A stretch of DNA of 64,000 bases. Origin: Octopus sinensis (Eukaryota). Shown one piece after another: positions 37,975-50,640 of the stretch. Made by a program: the position numbers and the translations under genes. The stretch is taken from assembly GCF_006345805.1 (NCBI RefSeq), contig NC_043007.1:4898001-4962000 (forward strand), in the 5' to 3' direction. Under the pieces are notes generated by a model that was not told where the DNA came from, did not search any database, and saw only the letters and a program-made list of their open reading frames with translations. Numbering within the stretch: the first letter of the stretch is position 1; each line of letters opens with the position of its first letter.

Positions 37975-39690
37975 ATATTTTCTGATTTCAGCTCAGAGTT
38001 GCGGCCATGCTAATGCACCGCCGTTTTGTGCTACACTGTTATTGCGAAGAACCTCGTCTAATATGTGGCACTTGGTGAAGAATGGAGTTTGATATAGCTA
38101 CTCTCATTTGCACCTCTTGCCGTGAGGTAGGTTCATCTGGGACTCTTGACAGGAAGATGTCCAGCTTTGATTTAAAAACCGCTACATCTACTTTGTGCAG
38201 GTTCCTCAGACTCTTTGGGAGAATGTTAAAAAGCTGTGGGCCCTTGAAACCCAGGCTGTTGCAGAAGCTGGTCCTGAAGCGTGATGGCATTGCTGGGATC
38301 TTTGGCACTATACAGTGTCGTCCCGTTCTGGCATTGGTGTAGTTTCAATGCCAAAATTTGGCACAATTCCTTCCAGGATCTTCCAGACATAGATTTCTGC
38401 ATACCTCTCCCGTCTTCTCTTCAGGGAGTAGAGTCTTAGCTGTTTCAACCTTTCCCAGTAGCTGAGCTGTTGCAAAGAGACGATCTTCTTTGTGAATCTT
38501 CTCTGGATTGCTTCAAGGTCCGCTGTTAATTTTACACTGGTGGGTGACCATAGCTGTGACCAGTAATCCAGGTGGCTGAGGACGAATGTCCTCCAGAGGA
38601 CCATCATGGTTTCCTTATCTCTGGTTCTGAATGTTCTTAGGATTCACCCAGCCAGTCGTCTGCACTTTGTCGCCATCCTGGCAATGTGCACTTGGAAAGA
38701 GGTATCATCACTCATGTCGATACCCAGGTTCCTCACAGACTTAGGGTCTAGGATTGAAATTCCCTGTGGACCGGTGTATCCTATAAGTTTAATATTCAGT
38801 TTTGGATGCTGGTAGCGCAGGGCCTGGAATTTTTCAGCATTAAACTGCATATTATTATCCTCAACCCATCTGTGGATTGAGTCCAAATCCAGCTGCAGGT
38901 GTGCAACATCGCTGGGGTTCTGTATTTTCTGCGAGACTTTCGTATCGTCTGCATAGCTGGCCAGAGTGGCTATCCGGGCATTTGAGGGCATATCTGAGAG
39001 GGCCACTATAAAAAGCAGTGGTCCCAAGACAGTGCCCTGTGGAACACCGCTCACTATTTGTGTGTTCATAGAGGTGGCTCCATTAACCACTACTGCCTGA
39101 CTCCTATCTTTCAGGAAGTCATGTAACCACACTCCAAATTTTCCAGCTATGCCGATGTCACGCAGTTTGTAGCATATCATACCATGATCCACCTTGTCAA
39201 AAGCTTTTGCAAAATCAAGGTAGATTACGTCCACATTTGATTTGTTGAGTAACTGCCTCAACACCCAGTCATAATGTTGTAAGAGCTGGGTCAGGCAGCT
39301 CCTACTGGTCGAAAACCATGCTGGGTATCACTCAGCAAGTTATTTTCCTCAAGGAATGCGATTAGTTCTTTCTGACTATCCGTTCCATGACTTTGCTGAT
39401 GTGTGAAGTCAGAGAGATAGGCCTATAGTTTTTGGCATCTGCTGTACTTCCCCCTTTATGTATTAGGCATATTATTCCTTCCTTCAGCTTGCTTGGCAGT
39501 TTGCCATTCGCAAGAAAGCTCTGGAAGAGAATCTTGAGGGGTTTTGCCAGGGCATAACCTTCACTGCCACTGACATCGTAGCAGCAATAAATGAGGTCAA
39601 ATACTACCCTGATAGATTCCCCGCTAGTCTCCTGAAGGAATGTAGACACCAACTTGCAGTCCCTCTGACCAACCTCTGGAGAAATTCGTT
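37975..39690 (-). mobile_element. 5'-truncated CR1-clade LINE (RT domain), frameshifted
   Basis: NYRPISLTSHISKVMERI, YLDFAKAFDKVDH, SGVPQGTVLGPLLF, YADDTK; 3' tail into (TA)n. Confidence 0.92.
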
Positions 39691-39698
39691 AATGAAAA

Positions 39699-40218
39699 TT
39701 TAGCACGAAAAATTTGCAGGGTTCTAAATAAATGTTAAAATGTAATAGATACAAAAAAACCTACGTTATCACCAGAACACGAACGTTCGTTGGTGTGTTC
39801 TGTTTGTATTTGTCCCATCCGCGCGTTGACAGGCAGATAATAGAATGCGATGGCGAGATTCATAATATTTGTTCTCAATATTGTGTGTTGGTTGTGGCGA
39901 TGATAATTCTCTCTATGAATGCAGACAGCGAGATATAGAAGGCCGTTTGAGGAAGTGAATGTAATGGGAATGTAGGAAATAGAGTGAGTGAAAAAGTGCG
40001 AGGAAGACAGATACATTAAAGAACGGGAGTGGACTTGTCAAAGTGGGTTTTTGGCCCTAGCAACGACACCTTTTAAGATAGGGATTTCTAAGGTAGCCCA
40101 CGGGCATCGTCACCTCATTTTACATGTCCCTGTAAATTTTGGAGTCAATCCGACGGGATGTAGTGACCTTGAAAGCGATCCAAGCGGTGGAAACGCATTT
40201 CAGTTTTGTATATAGAGA
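39699..40218 (-). mobile_element. Possible non-autonomous Helitron
   Basis: Minus-strand 5' end A|TCTCTATATACAAAACTGAAA resembles the 16.2-16.6 kb element; the 3' hairpin/CTAG is degenerate. Confidence 0.4.
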
Positions 40219-40219
40219 T

Positions 40220-40224
40220 ATATA

Positions 40225-40293
<69 letters not shown>

Positions 40294-40548
40294 CACGTAG
40301 TATATATATATATATATATATACATAGTATGTATATATATATATATACATAGTATGTATATATATATATTATATATATATATATATATAGAGTATATATA
40401 TATATATATATATACATAGAGTATGTATATATATATATATATATACATAGTATGTATATATATATATACATAGTATGTATATATATATATATATATAATA
40501 TATATATATACTATATATAATATATATACTATATATATATATATATAC

Positions 40549-40615
<67 letters not shown>

Positions 40616-40635
40616 TATATATACATAGTATATAT
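40220..40635. repeat. (TA)n/(TATG)n microsatellite block
   Basis: Direct reading. Confidence 0.9.
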
Positions 40636-40750
40636 ATATCACGTGACCGACCAGTCCATCAGATGTAGTTACACATCGCTGGTCACAATGCGTTCGCATT
40701 GTTTTAGCCTTTGAATGACGCCACCCCGCTGGCTAAGCGAGCAGGCCAAG

Positions 40751-40783
<33 letters not shown>

Positions 40784-41285
40784 CAGATATATATATTATA
40801 TATATATATATATTATGTATATATATATACCTCTTTTACTCATTTATTTGTTTCAGTCATTTGACTGTGGCCATGCTGGAGCACCACCTTTAGTCGAGCA
40901 AATCGACCCCAGGACTTATTCTTTGGAAGCCTAGTACTTATTCTATCGGTCTCGTTTGCTGAACCACTAAGTTACGTGGACGTAAACACACCACCATCGG
41001 TTGTTAAGCGATGTTGGGGGGGGGACAACACAGTAACACAAACATATACACACACATACATATATATATATATATGTCTACCAAATCCATCCACAAGGCT
41101 TTGGTTGGCCCTAGGGCTATGTTAGAAGACACTTGCCCAAGGTGCCACGCAGTGGGAATGAACCCGAAACCACGTGGCTGGTAAGCAAGCTACTTACAAC
41201 ACAGTCACTCCTGCGCCTATATATATATATATATTATATATATATACTATCTATATCTATCTATCTATCTATATAATATATATAC

Positions 41286-41355
<70 letters not shown>

Positions 41356-41485
41356 ATACATAGTATATATATATCACGTGACCGACCAGTCCATCAGATG
41401 TATTTACACATCGCTGGTCACAATGCGTTCGCATTGTTTTAGCCTTTGAATGACGCCACCCCGCTGGCTAAGCGAGCAGGCCAAG

Positions 41486-41518
<33 letters not shown>

Positions 41519-42000
41519 CAGATATATATATTATATATATATATATATTATGTATATATATATACCTCTTTTACTCATTTATTTGTTCAGTCATTTGACT
41601 GTGGCCATGCTGGAGCACCACCTTTAGTCGAGCAAATCGACCCCAGGACTTATTCTTTGGAAGCCTAGTACTTATTCTATCGGTCTCGTTTGCTGAACCA
41701 CTAAGTTACGTGGACGTAAACACCACCATCGGTTGTTAAGCGATGTTGGGGGGGGGACAACACAGTAACACAAACATATACACACACATACATATATATA
41801 TATATATGTCTACCAAATCCATCCACAAGGCTTTGGTTGGCCCTAGGGCTATGTTAGAAGACACTTGCCCAAGGTGCCACGCAGTGGGAATGAACCCGAA
41901 ACCACGTGGCTGGTAAGCAAGCTACTTACAACACAGTCACTCCTGCGCCTATATATATATAGATATATATATATATATACTATCTATATCTATCTATCTA
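40636..42000. repeat. ~735-bp tandem duplication (short element + (TA)n + SINE A)
   Basis: TCACGTGACCGACCAGTCC at 40639 and 41374; both copies continue near-identically through a minus-strand SINE A. Confidence 0.9.
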
Positions 42001-42046
42001 TCTATATATATATATATACTGTCTATCTATCTATATATATATATAC

Positions 42047-42101
<55 letters not shown>

Positions 42102-42539
42102 CAATACCGTGGCTGTAAAATACGAATCCCAGGAGATGACCACATTCAGATAAGATGTTTTAACTTTTCAACCCCGTTATCTACCCTTCTATTTCTGCAT
42201 GTATCATAAACCCCTTATTAGTTCTCTCCATTGTTCTGTCTATTTCAGCACCATGCCATCATGTAAATACAGTTTCCAAAGTTTCGTCTTCCCTGTTGTT
42301 GATGTCTAAGATAACCTTAGCTCACGCATTTCCTTAATCTGCAACATATTTATTCACTCATCTATCAAAGTTTATCACACAATCATTCTTCTCTAATTTT
42401 GTCTTAGACTGGCTCCCAGATTCTTCAGTTCTATTTACTATTATCAGCACTTGCTGTCTCGTTAAATTAACTATACCACTCAAATCCCACCTCTATTTGT
42501 CTCTCTTAATACCTCCACCGAAAGAATACGTACCCTGGA

Positions 42540-43945
42540 GATGCGCTCGTCTATATTTGCTAGTTCGCGGTGCCCCTGCCCTCTAATCCCTCCACCGGAT
42601 CCCTATTTTTTGTCATCCTTTGGTTGTCTCCCATGAACACTTCTAAAGGCTGTACGCCATCCCCATCCCTACTATATAAGGTAGTGACCATACAGTGCAG
42701 AATATGATAGTGTAGTGTAAGCAGGTTGGACTTAAGACTATTGTTTGTTTATGAATTCTGCCAAATGCAAGCTCTCTTTTCAGGTACATGACGCCACTGT
42801 CCCCCATCTCAGGGTCTCTAGGGCCCATACCTCCCACACCCTCAGGGTTGGCACTCTCAACGTCGGCACACTGAAAAGTAGGTCTGGTGAGATTGTTGAG
42901 ATGCTTGAGCGGAGATGTGTCGATATGTGCTGTATCTAAGAAGTAAGGTGGAGAGGAGGTTCTGCTAGGTTCCTCACGGGCAAAGAACACAGGTACAAGA
43001 TTTTCTGAACAGGAAACACTGACGGGGTCGGGGGCATGGGTATACTTCTTGCGGAGAAATGGGTAGATAAGGTAGTCAGAGTATGCGACAGAATACTTAA
43101 GATTAGATTAGTGCTCCATCATGGGTTAGCAACCATTATCTCGGCCTATGCCCCTCAGCCAGGGCTACCCGATGGACAAAAAGACCGATTCTATGACACC
43201 CTCTTACAGACTACCACGTTGACGAATGACAGGGACCTTCTCTTTGTGGCTGGTGACTTCAATGGATATGTTGGACAACATGCTGGGGGCTTCCATGGTG
43301 TACATGGAGGCTACGGTTTTGGCTCCCGCAATGAGGAGTGGACCAGGCTGCTGGAGTTCTGCGATGCAAATGATCTTATGGTTTGCAATACTAACTTAAG
43401 AAAACCTGCCAGTCACCTAGTCACCTACTGCTCTGGCAAACACACTGGTCAAATTGACTACATCCTCACCAGAAAAAGGGAAAGATGGCTGCTTATAAAT
43501 GCCAAAACCTTCCCAGGCGAAGAATGTACCCCACAACATAGACTGGTAGTGAGTGTCTTCAGGATCAGGGCTAAATGGATGCCCAGAAGATGAAAAGCAA
43601 GGAGAAGAAGGGTCTGGAGACTTAAAGATCCTGCAAATGGACAGAGATTTAGAGACATATTACTCGAAGTCTTTGACGAAATGGAAGGAGATATAGCTTC
43701 ACACAATGTGGAAGACAACTGAAGGTTTCTACGGAACAACCTGCTGAGGGCCACTGACCAGATCTGTGGATGGTGCAAATTCCCCTCTCGACCCAAAATA
43801 ACATGGTGGTGGAACAATGTTGTTGACAGAGCTATTAGAGAAAAGAAACAGGTTTGGAAGGACTGGAAGAATGGTGGTAGCAGGGAATTGTATCAGACTG
43901 CCAGAAGGGAAGCTAGGAGGCAGGTTTATTTTAACCAGAAGGGAA
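42540..43945 (+). mobile_element. RTE-clade LINE 5' part (AP-endonuclease domain), 3'-truncated
   Basis: LRVGTLNVGTL, EVRWRG, ISAYAPQ, VAGDFNGYVG, RNEEWTRLLEFC, QIDYIL, PQHRLVV; in-frame stops. Confidence 0.9.
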
Positions 43946-44069
43946 GCTGATAAGAAAAAATTGTTTTACCATTTTTTCGTTTTCTGAAAACGAAAAATGG
44001 TAAAACAGGTCAGTTCATCTCAAATTCTTTGTAAACTCCTAAATATATCTCCTTCTGTGTATATATATG

Positions 44070-47000
44070 TTAGTTAATTTTTTTGGCTCAAAAAGCAAAA
44101 AGCAAGGCCATATAGGGGGACATGGAGTTATGTACAGGGTGGTGTTCATGTAAAGAGTTCAGGCCACTTGAGGTCAAGGGAGACTTTGAACAAAGCGGTC
44201 GTCGGCATCTTCATCATCTCGTCTGGCAGCTTGTTCCACGGATCCGCAACCCGGACGGAGAAAGCCCCTCTCCTTCGATTGAGATGAAATCGTCGCAGAT
44301 AGAGCTTTTCGGAGTGACCCCGCAGCCGACGCTCTGGAGCAGGAGTGAAGAACAGCTCTTTCGAGAGGTTACACTTTCCGCTTATGATGTTGTGAGCGAG
44401 AATGAGATCACCACGGCGGCGGCGTTTTTCAAGAGAATAAAGGTCGAGCGTCCTCAGCCTTTCTTCGTAGGACAAATTCTTGAGACCATGAACCATGCTT
44501 CTGGACTCTTTCGAGATTCTGTATGTCTTTGAGGAGATAAGGAAAAGAGGCTTGAATCCCGTACTCCAATATGGGTCTCACCAGCGTGACATAGAGCGGT
44601 AGGAATATGGCTGCTGTGAGCATTCCGAATGACCGTCGAATCAAGAACAGAATTCCGCGTGCTTTGTTGGCAGCATGGACGCACTGGGCCGAAGGCGAAA
44701 AGGAGGAATCCACCAAGATACCCAGGTCCTTTACCTGATCGGTCCTCTCCAGCAGCAGACGATCCGGCTCGAAATCAAGTTGAGTTGCAGGAGGAGAGCC
44801 AACAGGCAGATGACAGCAATTTGACACGTTCAGACACAGGTCCCATTCGTTAGACCACCTCCAAATTTGGTGGAGGCATCGACGAAGATCCTCTATATCA
44901 CCGCGAGGAGCGACCAGTTTGACATCGTCGGCAAATAGAAGGGTGTGTTGCGTGAGGTCGTCGGGCAAGTCATTAATGAAGACTAAGAACAATAAGGGCC
45001 CAAGCACTGAGCCTTGAGGCACGCCACTGCTTGCACTGGAGACGTCGGACCGCAAACCATTAACTTGGACTTGGAAGGAGCGATCTGAGAGGAAGGCACC
45101 AACCCATCGTACAATATCCGGATGGAAACTATATGCTTGAAGCTTGACAAGTAATAGGCGGTGGTTTACCGAGTCAAAAGCTTTGGCAAAGTCCAATAAA
45201 ACGATGTCAACAGCATCACTATCATCGAGGATGCGCGTCACTAATTCTTCCATTACCAGTAAGTTGGTCAAGCATGATCTCTTCGGCACGAAGCCGTGTT
45301 GGGAATCAGAGATAGAGGCTGTGTTTTGGAGGTGGAGCATCATACTTTTCTTAAGGATGGTTTCGAACATCTTGCTGATTATTGATGTAAGGGAAACCGG
45401 TCAGTAGTTAAGCGGGTGTTCGCGGCTCCCTTTCTTGAAAATTGGGCAGATTATCGCTGTTCTCCAGTCCGCAGGTATAATACCCGTCGCCAATGACATA
45501 TTGAATAGACATGTTAAGGGCTCGCAGATGACCGGAGCCAACGCTTTGATAACCCGTGGGTGTATGCCGTCAGGGCCGTGACCTTTGTTGACATCGAGGC
45601 CTTGAATAACGCGTTTGACTTCGTCCCGCGTGATGACCAATCGAAGCATTGGAGGTACCGATCTATCAAATGGAGGGGGTTCACGACCATCATCTTGTTT
45701 GAAAATAGTTGAAAAAGCCTCGGCAAATAATTGACTCTGTTGATAAGGGTCCTCAATCGATACGCCTGTTGAGTCTACCAACGTTGCAATTTGGTTGTTC
45801 AAGCTGAAATTCCGTTGGACATGGGCAAAGAAGGTTTTTGGATTGCTACTGGCGTTTGCCACGATTTTGTATTCATATCTGAAAAGTTCTTCCTTTTCAA
45901 TTTTCACGGCTCGGTCTCGTTGAGTTTTGTACACCTCAAAAGCTGCAGTCGAATCCAGATTTTTGAATTCAGCCCAAGCAATATCTCTGAGTCGAAGTTC
46001 TCGATTAACCTTCTTCGTCACCCAGGGCTTGTGTTTCTTCTTCTTGGGAAGCCCAACGGGAACTGCCTGGTCAGTCAACCAGATTACATATGCTTTGGGG
46101 GATGACCATAGTTCGTCAACTGAGGACAACGTCATCAGGGATCGCCGGTCCAGAAGCGCGGAAGCCTCGGTTAGAATTTCAAGATTAATTGCAGAGAAGA
46201 CTCTACGTGGCAGCGAAGTAGTCGTGGGCGTAGAAAAAGTTGTGTGCATGATGAACTTCAGGACCGCATGATCACTCTTGGCAAGAGGGGCGCACACAGA
46301 TACGTCTGACACTGATCTTGGATAGCGGGAGAATACCAGATCTAGCATAGATGGCTGCTGCCCAGACCGATGCCTTGTCGGATATTCAACATGTTGCGAT
46401 AGAAAACAATCTTCAGCCACGTCAAGAAGGGCCTGGCCGAACCGGGAAGATGATGTACAAATTGATGCGGGCCAATCGATCGTGGGAGCGTTGAAGTCCC
46501 TTAATATCAAACAGTCATGAGAAGCTGAAACGAATCTTATCGCTTCGAGTAAATGAGCATCGTCCTGGGGGTCGGCAAGAGGCGGCCTGTAGACAGCTAA
46601 CACGGGCAGGCAAAACCCGGACAGGCTCAGCTTGCAATAGACGGCATCGAATTTTGTTGTAGGTTGAGCATTAGTGGGTAGAATACCGCTGGACAGTTTG
46701 AGATCAGATTTAACATACACAGCAACACCTCCACCCCGCCTTTTTTCTCTGTCACATCTGAAGAGGACGTAGCCCTGTAGGTGGATTTCTGAGTCCTTTA
46801 CTGCTGGAGTCAGCCAAGTCTCGGTGATAGCTATCACATCAGGGGAGTCACGCATGGCCAGTGTAAATAGTTCGCTGAACTTTGGGAATAAGGAGCACGA
46901 GTTGGTATAGACAATGCTGAGCTGTGAAGTTTGAGGGACGGGAGTTGGGGAACAAGCAGAATAAGGGGTATCAGAGATAGCATCGTTGACGGGGGTATCT

Positions 47001-48400
47001 ACTTTACTTCGGTTCGCCCTCAATTCACTTTCCCTGTCAGCACTACAGCATGCGACCAGAGGTAGGACTTGATTATTTGTCCATCTTGGATGCGTAAACC
47101 CTTCTCTCCCATCTGTTTTCTCATCTTCAGTTCGGATATTAGGTTTCTCCGGCGAATTCTCTCTCTCAGTAAGTATTGGGGTCCTCCCAGGCATGCGTCT
47201 GAGCTCTGTTCAGAAAGGTTGAAGCCTCCTGATCGGAAGAAAAGATTACTCTTATTGGGCGTGGTCTAGTGCCTGAGGTTGAGTTCGCTTGGAATCTTCC
47301 TAGCCGAACGACCTTATGGATACTGACATTTTCGTTGACAGAGAACAATTCTCCAACTAAAATGGAAACAAAATTAATGTCTTCTTTTAGGCGGTTTATG
47401 CCTGTATCACAGGTGGATTCAGCTTTACCATAAATGATTGCTGATCTTGAGTGGGCAAAATGGTCTTTCTGTTCTCTACTTTGAGCTGCGGCATTCGATT
47501 CTTCGTTGGATGATTTCGAAAGGGTGGTTTCATAGCCATCAGACTTATGTCGGCCTGTGGGGTCGATCAGAATGGGTTTAGTAGTCATAACTTTCCCGCC
47601 TGGTTTGGAACTGCACTGCCTCTTCTTCGGTTTGGGGGAGCACCACTCCCCAGATGAACTCACATCAAGATCGTTCAGAATTGGTTGAGCAATGGCATAA
47701 ATGGGAAGGACAAGTGAGGGAGAATCCAAACAGATTTTATCGTGATCAGGTTTCATAGCTAAATCTGCCCCACTGGAGTTTTGACTACGTTTCTTCTTTT
47801 GGGGAGAACAACGGTCTTCAGGTGGGTTTGAGTCTACGCTCCTCAAATTAGGTTGGGGAACCTCCGGGACCGAAAAGGCAGATGAGGAAGAATCCGAACA
47901 GGAACGATCATGTGCGAAAACGACCGCCGGTTCCTTTGCCTTCCTTGGCACTTCGATTTTGTTCCCTTCGGTTTGGACGTCACCAGGGAAGAATTCAAGG
48001 GTGGCTCTGCGTCAATAGGAGACTGTTTATTCAGTAAATGAGCAACAACAGACTTTAGGTGCTCGACCTCTTGTTTGAGTAACAGCAACTACTCGTTGAG
48101 ATGACCGTTGGTAGGACCATCATCCTGATGAGAAGCCCTTCTCGCAGATCTCAGTTTCGATCTGTAGGTAGCTGACATGATAGATGGTTGACCAAAAACA
48201 ATCTTCTATGGGCTCTAGGACAAATCTGAAATAAATCAGGAACAAAAACAGCTGCAATCCTTGTAGGAGTAGGCAACAGCAGACAGAATCTGAGAGAGTC
48301 TGGGCTGAACCGAATCACAATCCAAGATTGAAAGCAGACGGTGAAACGAGTCGGGAACCCTTCCTAGTTGTCTGAAGCAGCTTTAGGATAAGGAATAGTA
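44070..48400 (-). mobile_element. Near-full-length CR1-clade LINE (ORF1 + APE-RT ORF2)
   Basis: ORF1 remnants (SAIIYGKAES...RLGR...PRPIRVIF); ORF2 APE (YTNSCSL, ITETWL, DFNAP, SDH) and RT (DFAKAFDSV, GVPQGSVLGP, FADD). One nonsense codon at 45401-45403 and a frameshift near 44500. Tail AAAAAATTAACTAAC. Confidence 0.95.
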
Positions 48401-49399
48401 GGTCCAACTTTAGAATATTGATATGCATGTAAAATGTTCCACACGATTAAATATCATTTGACGTGCCATTTAGTACTTCAATATTTGCGTCTGCGTATGT
48501 TTGTATATGTGTGAATACTGTGTTTATGTGCGAGAAGGCACATGTTTTGTCTATCGTTAATTTAAATTATATATACCACCAAATATGACCTTTTTGAACT
48601 TATAATTTTCTGTGTATATATATAGATACTTCCAAACAAACATGATTTTTAATGAAATCCTAATATTTTCAATAAACTTTTTAATATTCTCTCAAGATTT
48701 TTTCCTTGTAAACTGTTTTTAACATTTTCTTATTATAACCAAAGAATGTATATAAGTATTTTAATACTTTTGTGATAACCAGTACTTAACACAACAAAGC
48801 TTATACAAAGCTTTACATTTCATGTTTGACAATCTTTTTCTAAAAAAGTGAAACCAGTCAATGAATAAACATCTTTGAAATTGCATTTTCAAACCTTCTT
48901 TCATATATAATTCCACTCGTGCGATACCTTACAACTTCACTTTGTTATATATATATATATACACATTGTGTGTGTGTGAATTCTTTTATTTTTCTACCTG
49001 TTTCAGTCATTTGACTGCTACCATGCTGGAACACCGCCTTTAGTCGAGCAAGTCGACCCCAGGCTTTGCTCGGCCCGAGGCTATAGAAGACACTTGTCCA
49101 AGGTGCCATGCAGTGGGACTGAACTTGGAACCATGTTGTTGGTAAGCAAGCTACTTACCCCACAGCCACTTCACACACACACATATACACATACACATGC
49201 ATACATACACATATGCACATACACATGCAACAATATATGTATGCACTTACATAAATGCATATGCGCATGCATACCTGTCCAATTATGAGTGTGTGCTCAT
49301 GCCCTCGCATCGCACACAAATATTTATATATATCGAGACCTCTGGACATATGCTGTGACTGCGAAGACCCAACAAATAACGAGAGTTCATGGCTGTTTC

Positions 49400-49885
49400 C
49401 AGCACCAGCTTCACATAGCAGCCCCAGACCATCCAAAGGACCTGGGATCGCAGGACGGCCTGCTGTGCTTACCTTGGATTGTAGGGCGACCTGCTGTGCT
49501 TGAGGAGACCTATTGAGTCAAGTACATCAACATCAAAATAAAAATTAACTGGAAATTGTAGTTGTGATACCCGTGCTGGTGGCATGTAAAAAGCACCATC
49601 CAAACGTGGCCGATGCCAGCGCCACCTTGACTGGCTTCTGTGCCGGTGGCATGTAAAAAGCACCAACTGATCATAGCCATTGCCAGCCTCCCCTGGCCCC
49701 TATGCAATGGCACATAAAAATCACCCACTACACTCTGAGTGGTTGGTGTTAGGAAGGGCATCCAGCTGTAGAAACACTGCCAGATCAGACTGAAGCCTGG
49801 TGCAGCCTCCTGGCTTCCCAGACCCTGGTCGAATCATCCAACCCATGCCAGCATGGAAAACGGACATTAAACGATGATGATGATA
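49400..49885 (+). mobile_element. Family D retroposon
   Basis: Same modules and tail as 9427-9850. Confidence 0.75.
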
Positions 49886-50164
49886 TACACATACAGATCT
49901 ACGCTCACACACGGATAAGTATGTGTCTATTTTTACATACATATATACTTAGTTACAAATCACATATGTGTACGTTTATGAATGTATTTGTGCATATTAA
50001 CATTTAAATTAAATCATGAATTCAACACGTGTGCATATATGTCTAGAAGTGTAAGGAAGAAGAAAGTATATTATTTAGTGTGTGTAAAAATTGTTAGGAG
50101 TTGAGGGGTTAATTTTTGTGGAAATGAAATATAAGAATGCATATTTGTGTATATATATATATAA

Positions 50165-50640
50165 AAATAATAATAATAATAATAACATTGTGTACAGTGC
50201 TCAGGTGCACTACAACTCATCTAAAGTGCATATATAATCAGGTGTAGTTTCGGCGGATTTCGGAAAGCATGAGGGCCTTAAAGGATGCAGTGTCATGGCA
50301 GTCAACAACTGACGCAGGCAGTTTATTCCATGCTTCAGCAACTCTGAGCGTGAAAAAATGTTTCCGAAAGTCATGGGAGCTGTGTTGTTTTCTGACTTTG
50401 TAGGCATGTCCACGTGTGTTAGACACATGGAGATGAAAAAGGTGTTCAGTGTTGTTATTGGTGAGGTGGTTGATAACCTTGTGGGCGTTTACCAAGTCCG
50501 TCGCTAGACGCCGGAGCTTCAGTGAATCCATGCCCAGGGAAACAAGGCGCTCAGAATATGGTAGGTGTCTGATGGAGGGTATGCGTTTGGTTGCACGTCT
50601 CTGAACAGATTCCAGGAGGTCAATGTTCTGAGCAAGATAG
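50165..50640 (-). mobile_element. CR1-clade LINE 3' end with (TTA)n tail
   Basis: LRRLATDLVNAHKVI...NTRGHAYKVRK...RKHFFTLRVAEAWNKLP. Confidence 0.85.
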
